DNA of 64,000 bases from an uncultured delta proteobacterium (lineage in GTDB: Bacteria > Desulfobacterota > Desulfuromonadia > Geobacterales > DSM-12255). The number at the start of each line of letters is the position of its first letter. Positions within the stretch are counted from its first letter, which is position 1. The DNA lies in the NCBI GenBank assembly GCA_963787125.1, contig CAWBBV010000016.1, positions 96,001 to 160,000 on the forward strand, given 5' to 3'. Shown here piece after piece: positions 30,970 through 39,152 of the stretch. A program made the translations under genes and the position numbers. Under the pieces are notes generated by a model, which worked only from the letters and a program-made list of their open reading frames with translations, made no database searches and was not told the DNA's origin.

Positions 30970-31303
30970 ATGGTTTATCGTCTTTCATATTACAATGAAA
31001 CCGTCGAAGCTGAGCTTGATGCTTGGCCTGTCGGCTTGCGTGCTCGATTTCGAGCATTGTCTGTGCGCATGGAAGAATACGGTCCCAACCTTGGGAATGC
31101 CGCATACACGTGCGCTTGGTAATGGCCTTTTTGAAATCCGCACCAAGGCAGAAGAAGGAATTGGAAGAGTGTTTTTCTGCACCATGGTCGGACGAAAGAT
31201 CATAATTCTCCACAGCTTCATAAAAAAGACGGATAAGACACCAAAACGGGAACTCGATTTAGCGCTCACACGGCAGAAGGAGGTAATAAGTAATGAGCTA
31301 TAA
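30970..31303 (+). pseudogene. RelE/HigB-like toxin with a +1 frameshift
   Basis: MVYRLSYYNE...MEEYGPNLG in one frame and MPHTRALGNGLFEIR...LHSFIKKT in another; extra G at 31093-31095. Confidence 0.8.
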
Positions 31304-31607
31304 ACCAGTTGCATACGACCCCAAGAAAAAATTGGAGAAAGACCTTCAAGACCCCAATTTCAAGAAAGCCTGGGACGCCTTGGATGATGAATTTGCTGCT
31401 CTGGATGCCCTGCTTATGGCCCGTCGTCAGGCTGGGATGACTCAGGAGCAAGTGGCGGCCAAAATGGGTGTTTCTCAGCCATCATTGGCGAGAGTAGAAG
31501 CATCACTCGGGTCTCACCGTCATTCTCCATCTCTTGAGATGCTTCGCAAGTACGCTGCCGCTGTCAACTGCAAGCTGGAGATTAAGCTGATACCTCAGCA
31601 TTCTTGA
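31293..31607 (+). CDS. XRE-family HTH antitoxin
   Basis: ARRQAGMTQEQVAAKMGVSQPSLARVE...SPSLEMLRKYA. Confidence 0.9.
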   Translation: MSYKPVAYDPKKKLEKDLQDPNFKKAWDALDDEFAALDALLMARRQAGMTQEQVAAKMGVSQPSLARVEASLGSHRHSPSLEMLRKYAAAVNCKLEIKLIPQHS

Positions 31608-31628
31608 CGGTCTTGAGCGGTCTTGAGG

Positions 31629-33548
31629 GTCACGGTAGGAATGCCGGTCACCCGGCACCCCCCGCACAGATCCGTACGTGAGGAATTACCTCATACGGCT
31701 CCTGCCTCAGGTAGTGACGCATAGGCGCTCCGAAGGATAAGGGTGGCAGATTCGCGGCTCTGGAATATACCTGTCAATCAAGCGGCCCATCCGATTCCAG
31801 GTGAGACTGTATTTATCGCTGCGGCGCTTTAACACTTTGAACCACAGCCGACTTACCTTGTCTCTGAAAGCCCCGATAGCCGTGCTGTTCGTGGGCACAC
31901 CATAGTATCTGACGTGACCTGCTACGACTGATCGTAAATAGGTTCCCTGTTCCGGAACAGAATTGTGCATGCGTCGCCGAAGTTCTATGTACAGCTCCTT
32001 CAGTTTTGCCTGCCACTTTTTACGCATCGTCTGACGCAGTATGGTAAATTTCCCCTTCCTTGTTGTCCCGCAAATATGCGTGAATCCAAGAAAATTGAAG
32101 GTCTCCGGTTTTCTTTCGCCCCTGTCATTTCGGTTTTGGGCCGCAAACCGCCCAAACTCGATCAGGCGCGTTTTGTCCGGGTGCAATTCAAGGCCGAACT
32201 TTGCCAGTCGTTGGCGTAGTTCGTCGAGAAATTTGTCTGCTTCATAACGATGCTGGAACCCCATGACGAAGTCGTCGGCAAAGCGAACGATGATGAAATC
32301 GCCCTTTGCCTTTTTATCCCGCCACTGTAGGCTCCACAGGTCGAGTACATAGTGAAGGTAGATGTTTGCCAAGAGCGGACTAATGCTTCCACCTTGGACA
32401 GTCCCCATTTCACTCTGTATTCGCTTCCCATCTTCCAGCACTCCGGCGCTCTGCCATTTCTGGATGAGTCGCACGATGCGCCGGTCCGCTATCCGGTGCT
32501 CGATAAACTTCACCAGCCATTCGTGATTGAGGGTGTCGAAAAATGCACGTATGTCGGCATCGAGCACCCAGCCCACCTTCTTCATAAAGATTCCCATCCA
32601 GAGGGCGTCCAGCGCTTTGTGCTGATGACGCTTTGGCCGGAATCCATAGGAGAAGCCTTGGAAGTCGGTTTCATAGATGGCGTTTAGTACCTCGACGACG
32701 GCACGCTGGACGATCTTGTCTTCCAGCACGGGTAACCCTATCGGTCGTTGCCGACCGTCCGCCTTTGGTACGTATGCTCTGCGAACCGGCTTCGCCCGGT
32801 ACGCTCCCCGTTTCAGCCGTCCAGAAAGGTCCTGAAGATTTCCCTCCAGATTCTCGCCGTAGTGCCGCCATGTCTCTCCATCTATTCCCGGAGCGGAGTC
32901 ACGCTTGACGCCGTAATACGCCTGCCTCAGTTGATCTATGGCATAGACATGGTGAAAGAGCGCGGTGAACCGCTGCTGCTTATTCTTCCTTGCTGCCTGA
33001 CGTACCCGTTCAAGTGTGCTGGGCGCGCCAATCCGGCTCTGTGTCCGGGGCGCGTTGCGCTCAAGCGAGTTCCCCTTGGCCAGCCCCCTTTCCTCCATCC
33101 CCTCCGCCGACTGTTGCCAGTCTTTGTTCGGTGATTTCTCAGGTACTACGGGGCTGTCCGACTTCCCATGTCCGTTCATCATCGGGTTATGTCCTTGGAC
33201 TTTCCGTTGCGGCCTGCGAAACCCTCATTTCGCAGGCGTTCATGGGATCTCCCGGTTCCCGTGCAAGGTGTTTTTAGTACGTGCTCAAGGTCTCCGACCG
33301 CGCAGGGTCCGTGCATGTCTCGCGATTGCGACATGCACAGTGTTGCCTTCCGCCTACGTCCAGAACGTGGGCACCCTGAAGTTAACAAGATTTCGCGGCT
33401 CAATACTTGGCCCGCACGTACCCCTGTCAACGCTTCGCCGCCCCCTCGCGGGAAGCCGACGCATGACTCGGGGCCGGTGTGGTTCGCTACTCCTTCACCG
33501 TACGACTCTCTCATTCGCTACACCTTGCCGGTTTTGACCGGCGCTTTC
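31629..33548 (-). mobile_element. Group II intron (IIB-like, no endonuclease domain)
   Basis: DV GAGCCGTATGAGGTAATTCCTCACGTACGGATC; DVI ending CCTACCGTGAC with bulged A at -8; removing 31629-33548 restores GGGGACGTTGTT. Confidence 0.9.
31707..33182 (-). CDS. ltrA: Group II intron reverse transcriptase/maturase
   Basis: APGIDG, PKADGRQRPIG, SYGFRP, GTVQGGSISPLLAN, RFADD, FNFLGF, X domain; no HNH. Confidence 0.95.
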   Translation of the reverse strand: MMNGHGKSDSPVVPEKSPNKDWQQSAEGMEERGLAKGNSLERNAPRTQSRIGAPSTLERVRQAARKNKQQRFTALFHHVYAIDQLRQAYYGVKRDSAPGIDGETWRHYGENLEGNLQDLSGRLKRGAYRAKPVRRAYVPKADGRQRPIGLPVLEDKIVQRAVVEVLNAIYETDFQGFSYGFRPKRHQHKALDALWMGIFMKKVGWVLDADIRAFFDTLNHEWLVKFIEHRIADRRIVRLIQKWQSAGVLEDGKRIQSEMGTVQGGSISPLLANIYLHYVLDLWSLQWRDKKAKGDFIIVRFADDFVMGFQHRYEADKFLDELRQRLAKFGLELHPDKTRLIEFGRFAAQNRNDRGERKPETFNFLGFTHICGTTRKGKFTILRQTMRKKWQAKLKELYIELRRRMHNSVPEQGTYLRSVVAGHVRYYGVPTNSTAIGAFRDKVSRLWFKVLKRRSDKYSLTWNRMGRLIDRYIPEPRICHPYPSERLCVTT

Positions 33549-33602
33549 GGACGTTGTTGATTAGTCAACTAAGCACCGAGTTAGTCAACTAATCAACAAC
33601 GT
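33549..33602. repeat. Core of a palindromic RAYT miniature (REPIN-like) with both arms interrupted
   Basis: ACGTTGTTGATTAGTCAACTAA...TTAGTCAACTAATCAACAACGT imperfect palindrome. Confidence 0.85.
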
Positions 33603-33729
33603 TATATATGACTGAGAGCTACAGATTTTTCCCCGGAAATTATAGATAAAATAATAAGTTACCAGTCTTGTAGTTCTATTGTCAGCCTGTTATTGAATAG
33701 CCATTTATTCAACATACCAGGAGGACAGA

Positions 33730-35019
33730 ATGGAAGCTGTAACGGATAGTCTGGCGTTGTTCAGACAGATGAAGGCATCAGTCAGGGGCTCGGAAAAACA
33801 TCTGCTAGTCGGCATCGATGTTGCCAAGAACAAGCACCATGCTTTCTTTGGAACACCCAATGGCAGAACGCTACGCAAGAACATGATCTTTGACAACAGC
33901 TTACAAGGATTCGAGAATCTGCGCAGTTTAGCCGGAGATCTCAAGAATCAACATGGCCTGGTCGAGGTTGTGTATGGACTTGAGCCTACAGCCTCCTACC
34001 ACAAGCCCTTAGCCGAATATCTGCTGCGACAGAAGGAGCAGGTTGTCTATGTATCCAATGTGGCCGTGGCAAAGAATCGAGCGCTACTGGATGGCCGTTG
34101 GGACAAGAACGACAAGAAGGATGCCGCCAATGTTGCCGATCTGGTGGGCCAGAGCCGCTGCCTCTTCTATGAGCTACCGCAAGAGAACCTGCGTGAATTA
34201 CGCAGCCTGATTGGTTTCAGGATCAGGCTGAAGAAGGAAGAGCACGCACTGAAAATGCGGCTGAGAAATAATGTTCTTGCCCAGTTCTTTCCCGAACTGG
34301 ACCAGCTCTACATCAAAGCAGGGCAACCGGACGACCTGATTCTTTCAATTGCCGAACATTGTCTGGACCCGAGGGAAATTGCCGGGATGGAGTTCGACGC
34401 CTTCCTGAAGCTCATTACAAAACGCAAGATCAGGATAGAACAGGAAAGACGTCTGCGCGAGCTTTGGGAGACTGCCGGAGAGTCCGTTGGTTGCCTTGTT
34501 CATGACGCCGCCAGATGGGAGGCCAAGAGTCTCGTCTGCCAGCTGAAGTCGATTCGTGAAACGGTCAAGGGTAATGAGCAGTTGATGGCAAAAGCAGCAA
34601 AGCAGTTTTCTGAATATGAGTGCCTTCTGTCTATTCCCGGATTCGGTCCGATTATTTCGGCCATGGTTCTTGCCGCCATCGGCAATCCTGTCCGGTTTCA
34701 GAATCAGGGACAGGTAGTGCGTCTGGCCGGACTGGACTTAAGTGCCGAGCGGAGCGGCAAGAACAGCAACAGTGCCAAGCCGGTGATCTCCAAGCAAGGG
34801 AAAGCGGCACTGCGTTACGCCCTGGTGCAAGCGGCAATGGTTGCCTCCACAGCGAATCCGGTTATCAGGACTTACTTTAGCAAATTAATCAGAGGTCGCG
34901 AGCTTGAGCGCGGCATCAACCTGAAGATGAAAGTCAAGCTGGCGGCAAAGCTTTTGGTTGTGGCCTGGACACTTATGAAGAAGAGAGAACCATTTAATCC
35001 TTCCTGCTTCACGGGATAA
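33730..35019 (+). CDS. IS110-family recombinase (DEDD RuvC-like plus Tnp domain)
   Basis: VGIDVAK, LEPTA, KNDKKDA, SIPGFG, RSGK motifs. Confidence 0.95.
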   Translation: MEAVTDSLALFRQMKASVRGSEKHLLVGIDVAKNKHHAFFGTPNGRTLRKNMIFDNSLQGFENLRSLAGDLKNQHGLVEVVYGLEPTASYHKPLAEYLLRQKEQVVYVSNVAVAKNRALLDGRWDKNDKKDAANVADLVGQSRCLFYELPQENLRELRSLIGFRIRLKKEEHALKMRLRNNVLAQFFPELDQLYIKAGQPDDLILSIAEHCLDPREIAGMEFDAFLKLITKRKIRIEQERRLRELWETAGESVGCLVHDAARWEAKSLVCQLKSIRETVKGNEQLMAKAAKQFSEYECLLSIPGFGPIISAMVLAAIGNPVRFQNQGQVVRLAGLDLSAERSGKNSNSAKPVISKQGKAALRYALVQAAMVASTANPVIRTYFSKLIRGRELERGINLKMKVKLAAKLLVVAWTLMKKREPFNPSCFTG

Positions 35020-35043
35020 CCACCCTAGAGGCAGGCAGTAGGC

Positions 35044-35198
35044 GAGATAAGCCCGTTTAACAACGTAGAGGCAGCAATGACCTCGGGAGGGACAATACCG
35101 GGCATCTCACTAAAATCTTGGAGCTTTGATAAGGAATGATAGACAACCCAGTTCCCGATGCGGGCGGGGGATGTCGGATACAAGTAACGATTAAGCTC
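35044..35198 (+). ncRNA. Predicted bridge/seek RNA: target-binding loop 35044-35108 and donor-binding loop 35121-35198
   Basis: Two stem-closed internal loops; guides TTAACAACGT/GGGAC match the target, GAATG/GTAAC match the circle junction; true transcript ends unknown. Confidence 0.72.
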
Positions 35199-35329
35199 AA
35201 GGTTTGCCGTAAGTGAGAGACTCGCCATTTCACCAAAGCAAGGGATAGCTGCGCCCGCAATCCGCAAGGATGACTAACTATTTGATTTTAAAAGAGCGAT
35301 ATTTTCAGTTGACAGGTGGACTATAGAAT

Positions 35330-35369
35330 GTCCCCTATGCCCCGCTAACAACGTCCCCTATGCCCCGCT
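35330..35369. repeat. Tandem duplication of the RAYT-end motif (AACAAC)GTCCCCTATGCCCCGC
   Basis: GTCCCCTATGCCCCGC occurs twice, separated by TAACAAC. Confidence 0.8.
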
Positions 35370-35580
35370 TTTCCTTGAATTCTGTCCAAAACAATCCACT
35401 TGGGACACTGTTCTCAAAACCTTCCAGGACAACATAAACGCCGTCTTCAATGCGAGAAACTTTGTATTTCTGGTTTGGTACGAGCCTTGACAGGTCAGTC
35501 ATGATGATTAAGTCACGACCTCGACTACTTGGCTTATAAATGACCCACTCACCAGCACTAAATGGACATTTTTCTTCCAT
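35335..35580 (-). CDS. Small hypothetical protein; C-terminus runs into the RAYT-end repeat
   Basis: 81-aa ORF with AAGGA RBS; last residues (RGIGDVVSGA) are repeat-derived. Confidence 0.55.
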   Translation of the reverse strand: MEEKCPFSAGEWVIYKPSSRGRDLIIMTDLSRLVPNQKYKVSRIEDGVYVVLEGFENSVPSGLFWTEFKEKRGIGDVVSGA

Positions 35581-35620
35581 CTGTTTCCTTTATGGCCGAA
35601 CTCGTTCATCAACGGTTTCA

Positions 35621-35696
35621 GTATATAAGCAACTTGCTACTTATAAAAGTAACATACGACCTATATAAGTAACCCCTATGGCGACCTATATAAGTG
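35621..35696. repeat. Four short imperfect direct repeats (consensus ~CTATATAAGT)
   Basis: GTATATAAGC, CTTATAAAAGT and CGACCTATATAAGT twice, at ~20-25 bp spacing. Confidence 0.6.
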
Positions 35697-35711
35697 TCTT
35701 TTGCTACCGGT

Positions 35712-36059
35712 TTATCGTGCCATTATCCTCGATTCAAGTTCAGTTCCACGAATCAGTCCATACCGCACAAACCACATCTTTATCTCCCCATCCCACCTTG
35801 CCCGCACTCTGCGCAGCTGCTGCCGCAGCTCTTCTTCATCATAGAAAACTGATACCGGAACCATCTCTTCATCACTGAAACGGGGCTTCACCAAAGGTTT
35901 TTCATCAACAATCAATTCAACCGTCTTTATCTTGACCTGACGGAGCTCGTCGAAACGGTACCTGACGCAAAGCAGAGCGTCACCATACTTCTCCTGTAGC
36001 CGGACAGTCCCTTTTTGCCCCGGCTTCAGGTGAGCATATGCTTTCATATCCCTGAGCAT
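35712..36059 (-). CDS. Hypothetical protein (LKPGQKGT...KYGDALLCVRYR)
   Basis: 115-aa ORF with GGAGG RBS; function not recognised. Confidence 0.7.
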   Translation of the reverse strand: MLRDMKAYAHLKPGQKGTVRLQEKYGDALLCVRYRFDELRQVKIKTVELIVDEKPLVKPRFSDEEMVPVSVFYDEEELRQQLRRVRARWDGEIKMWFVRYGLIRGTELESRIMAR

Positions 36060-36251
36060 CTAGCCTCCCATAAAACGCAAAAAACCGCTCCACTGGTTCA
36101 TTTCGGCAGAGCGGCCTTCTCAAAAGTTCTGACTATCTACACAACAAACCATCATTGGCTCCAGATCATAAAATTGCACTCACAATACTGTTAGGGATAG
36201 TGCCTGTCAAGCGGGAACAGGCGCGGGGTTACAGATTTATCAATATAGACC

Positions 36252-36285
36252 AAAAGAGGGATTCCGTTGCAGGAATCCCTCTTTT
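36252..36285 (-). terminator. Intrinsic terminator after the acyl-CoA synthetase
   Basis: AAAAGAGGGATTCC-N6-GGAATCCCTCTTTT. Confidence 0.85.
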
Positions 36286-36357
36286 ATATATTCATTTCGA
36301 GCAAAGATTTTGATGCAAGTACAAGACAGCTAAGAACACCGCGGAGGCGTAACAGCG

Positions 36358-38016
36358 CTACGCTGTCGGCCCTGCCTCCTCAAGCGATAGCTCCTTGATC
36401 GCCATATCTCTCAGCTTGAATTTCTGGATTTTTCCAGAAGCTGTCATCGGGTACGCATCAACAAAACGGACATATTTCGGAATCTTGTAGTTGGCAATCT
36501 TCCCCTGACAGTAGTCCCTGACCTCATCTTCGGTCATCTCCACACCCTTTTTGAGGATAATCGCCGCCATCACCTGCTCGCCGTATTTGCGGTCAGGCAC
36601 GCCGTACACCTGAATATCGGAGACCTTCGGATGAGTGTAGAGAAACTCTTCGATCTCGCGGGGGTAGATATTTTCGCCGCCGCGGATAATCATGTTCTTG
36701 ATCCTGCCGGTTATTTTGCAGTAGCCGTTTTCATCCATAATCGCCAGGTCGCCGGTGTGGAGCCATTTTTCCTGGTCGATCGCCCTGGCGGTCTCATCAG
36801 GCATCTTGTAGTAACCCTTCATGACCAGATAACCGCGCGTACAGAGTTCACCCTGCTTGCCGGGTGGGAGTGTTTCGCCGGTCTCGATATCAACGATCTT
36901 CACCTCAACATCCGGCAGAGCCCGGCCGACGGTGGAGACGCGCAGCTCGATGGCATCGTCGGTTCTTGTCTGGGTGATAACCGGTGACGATTCGGTCTGG
37001 CCGTAGGCAATGGTGATATCGGTGGCATTCATCTGGCTGATAACCTTCTTCATCACCTCTATGGGGCAGTTGGAACCGGCCATTATCCCGGTGCGCAGGG
37101 AAGAGAGGTCAAAACTGGCAAACTCCGGATGTTCCAGTTCGGCGATGAACATGGTCGGCACACCGTGCAGAGCGGTGCATTTTTCTTTTTCCACGGTCTG
37201 CAGAACCTTGAGCGGATCGAATATCTCTACCGGAATCATGGCTGAGCCGTGGGTAACGCAGGCCATGACGCCGAGAACACAGCCGAAGCAGTGAAAGAAC
37301 GGCACCGGAATACAGAGCCGGTCGTTCTCGGTGAACTTCATGCATTCACCGATGTTGTAGCCGTTGTTGATGACATTGAAATGAGTCAGCATGACCCCTT
37401 TGGGAAAACCGGTCGTCCCGGAGGTATACTGCATATTGATGACTTCGTGGCGATCAAGGGTCGCCTCAACGGCGGCCAGCTCCCCGTCGCTGACGGTCTC
37501 CCCCAGCTTGACAATCTCTTCAAAATTCACCATCCCGGCGGGAGTTTCCCCCCCGATAAAAACAACATTTTTCAGATACGGCAGCTTTTCCGCCTGAAGT
37601 TTTCCGGCGGTAGCGGCTGCCAGTTCCGGAACGACTTCATTAACGGTATCGACATAATCGGTATCCTTGAACGACTTGACCATGAAAAGCGTCGTCGAGT
37701 CGGATTGATTAAGAATATATTCAAGCTCAGCCGATTTATAGCTGGTGTTGACCGTTACCAGGACTGCGCCGATCTTGGCGGTTGCAAACTGCAGCGTAAC
37801 CCATTCCGGGACGTTGTACGCCCAGATGGAAAGATTATCCCCTTTCTTGACCCCCATTTTCAGGAGCCCCTTGGCAACCAGACGGCAACGTTCATTGAAC
37901 TGTGTCCAGCTGTAACGAAGTTCACGCTCAGGATAGATCAGGGCGTCGTTGTCCGGGTATTTGGCAGCAATATGGTCGAGCAGACCACCGACGGTATATT
38001 CGAGTTGATTCGACAT
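36358..38016 (-). CDS. AMP-binding acyl-CoA synthetase
   Basis: [30 protein letters not shown]. Confidence 0.92.
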   Translation of the reverse strand: MSNQLEYTVGGLLDHIAAKYPDNDALIYPERELRYSWTQFNERCRLVAKGLLKMGVKKGDNLSIWAYNVPEWVTLQFATAKIGAVLVTVNTSYKSAELEYILNQSDSTTLFMVKSFKDTDYVDTVNEVVPELAAATAGKLQAEKLPYLKNVVFIGGETPAGMVNFEEIVKLGETVSDGELAAVEATLDRHEVINMQYTSGTTGFPKGVMLTHFNVINNGYNIGECMKFTENDRLCIPVPFFHCFGCVLGVMACVTHGSAMIPVEIFDPLKVLQTVEKEKCTALHGVPTMFIAELEHPEFASFDLSSLRTGIMAGSNCPIEVMKKVISQMNATDITIAYGQTESSPVITQTRTDDAIELRVSTVGRALPDVEVKIVDIETGETLPPGKQGELCTRGYLVMKGYYKMPDETARAIDQEKWLHTGDLAIMDENGYCKITGRIKNMIIRGGENIYPREIEEFLYTHPKVSDIQVYGVPDRKYGEQVMAAIILKKGVEMTEDEVRDYCQGKIANYKIPKYVRFVDAYPMTASGKIQKFKLRDMAIKELSLEEAGPTA

Positions 38017-38105
38017 TGCATTTCCTCCTCTGCGGATAGTATCAACAACTGTTTAACAGGATAACTCCTAAGGCTGAATAACCGCACGCAACCGCAAAAT
38101 CAAAG

Positions 38106-38237
38106 GCAATAGAACGCGGATCAATCCGATTTAAGCGGATCTACACGGATAAAATAAACCGGAAAAAGAATTTAAATCCGCGGAAATCCGCTCAATCCGC
38201 TCAATCCGCTCAATCCGCGTCATCCGTGTTCTATTGC
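38106..38237. repeat. Palindrome of tandem ~9-nt CGGAT/ATCCG units (copy 1)
   Basis: GCAATAGAACGCGGAT...ATCCGTGTTCTATTGC. Confidence 0.85.
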
Positions 38238-38249
38238 AGTTCAAGGTTT

Positions 38250-39152
38250 TTACTTGCAGCCGGACCGTGCCCGAGCCACCCGCGAACCGGATGGTCTGCC
38301 GAGAATTTCGGAGATATAATTACCCGCTTCAATCAGACTGTCAAGATTTACTCCGGTTTCAATGCCAAGACCATTGAGCATATAAAGAAGATCCTCGCTG
38401 GCAACGTTGCCGGCGGCTCCGAGAGCATACGGGCACCCCCCCAGACCGGCGACGGAGCTGTCAACCACCGAGATCCCACGCTCCAGCACCGCCAGGATAT
38501 TGGCCAGCGCCTGACCGTAGGTGTCGTGAAAATGAACTGCCAGCTTCTCCCGAGGCACCTTGTCAGCCACTGCATCAACCATGGCCTGCGCCTTCCCCGG
38601 TGTGCCGACGCCGATAGTGTCACCGAGGAAGATCTCGTAACAGCCGAGCTCAAACAGCCGCGCCGCCACATTCGCCACCGCTGCCGGGGCAACCTCTCCC
38701 TCGTAAGGGCAGCCGAGCGCACAGGAAACCGCCCCGCGTACCTTTACGCCCCGTTTGGCCGCTGCCTTGGTGACCTTGGCAAAACGCTCGATACTCTGCT
38801 CAATCGAGCAGTTGATATTCTTCTGGGAAAAGGTTTCCGATGCCGCGCCAAAGACGGCAACTTCAGTCGCTCCGGCGGCGACCGCCGCCTCAAACCCCTG
38901 CAGATTGGGAACCAGAACCGGATAGGAGACACCCGGCTTGCGGACGATTCCGGCCATCACGACGGCATTGTCAGCCATCTGCGGCATCCATTTCGGCGAA
39001 ACGAAGCTGGTGGCCTCGATGGATGACAGTCCGGCGGCAGTCAGACGGTTTATCAATTCGATCTTGAATTCTGCCGGCACGATCAGCCGCTCTTTCTGCA
39101 GGCCGTCCCGGGGGCCGACCTCAACTATCTTGACAAACCTGGGCAGCCTCAT
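38250..39152 (-). CDS. liuE: Hydroxymethylglutaryl-CoA lyase
   Basis: [26 protein letters not shown]. Confidence 0.93.
   Translation of the reverse strand: MRLPRFVKIVEVGPRDGLQKERLIVPAEFKIELINRLTAAGLSSIEATSFVSPKWMPQMADNAVVMAGIVRKPGVSYPVLVPNLQGFEAAVAAGATEVAVFGAASETFSQKNINCSIEQSIERFAKVTKAAAKRGVKVRGAVSCALGCPYEGEVAPAAVANVAARLFELGCYEIFLGDTIGVGTPGKAQAMVDAVADKVPREKLAVHFHDTYGQALANILAVLERGISVVDSSVAGLGGCPYALGAAGNVASEDLLYMLNGLGIETGVNLDSLIEAGNYISEILGRPSGSRVARARSGCK

Larger units (their letters stand above)
33603..35331 (+). mobile_element. IS110-family element (IS1111-like layout, long 3' non-coding end)
   Basis: GT core at 33601-33602 and 35330-35331; removal restores AACAACGTCCCCTATGCCCCGC, identical to the adjacent copy ending at ~35369. 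Confidence 0.88.

Noticed and set aside
31707..33182. RT as a retron, DGR or defence RT
   Set aside because: It has a maturase X domain and flanking DV/DVI and domain I RNA motifs; no TR/VR pair or msr-msd seen.
33603..33625. IS1111-type subterminal inverted repeats
   Set aside because: Only a weak ACTGA/TCAGT match to the right end; not enough to call.
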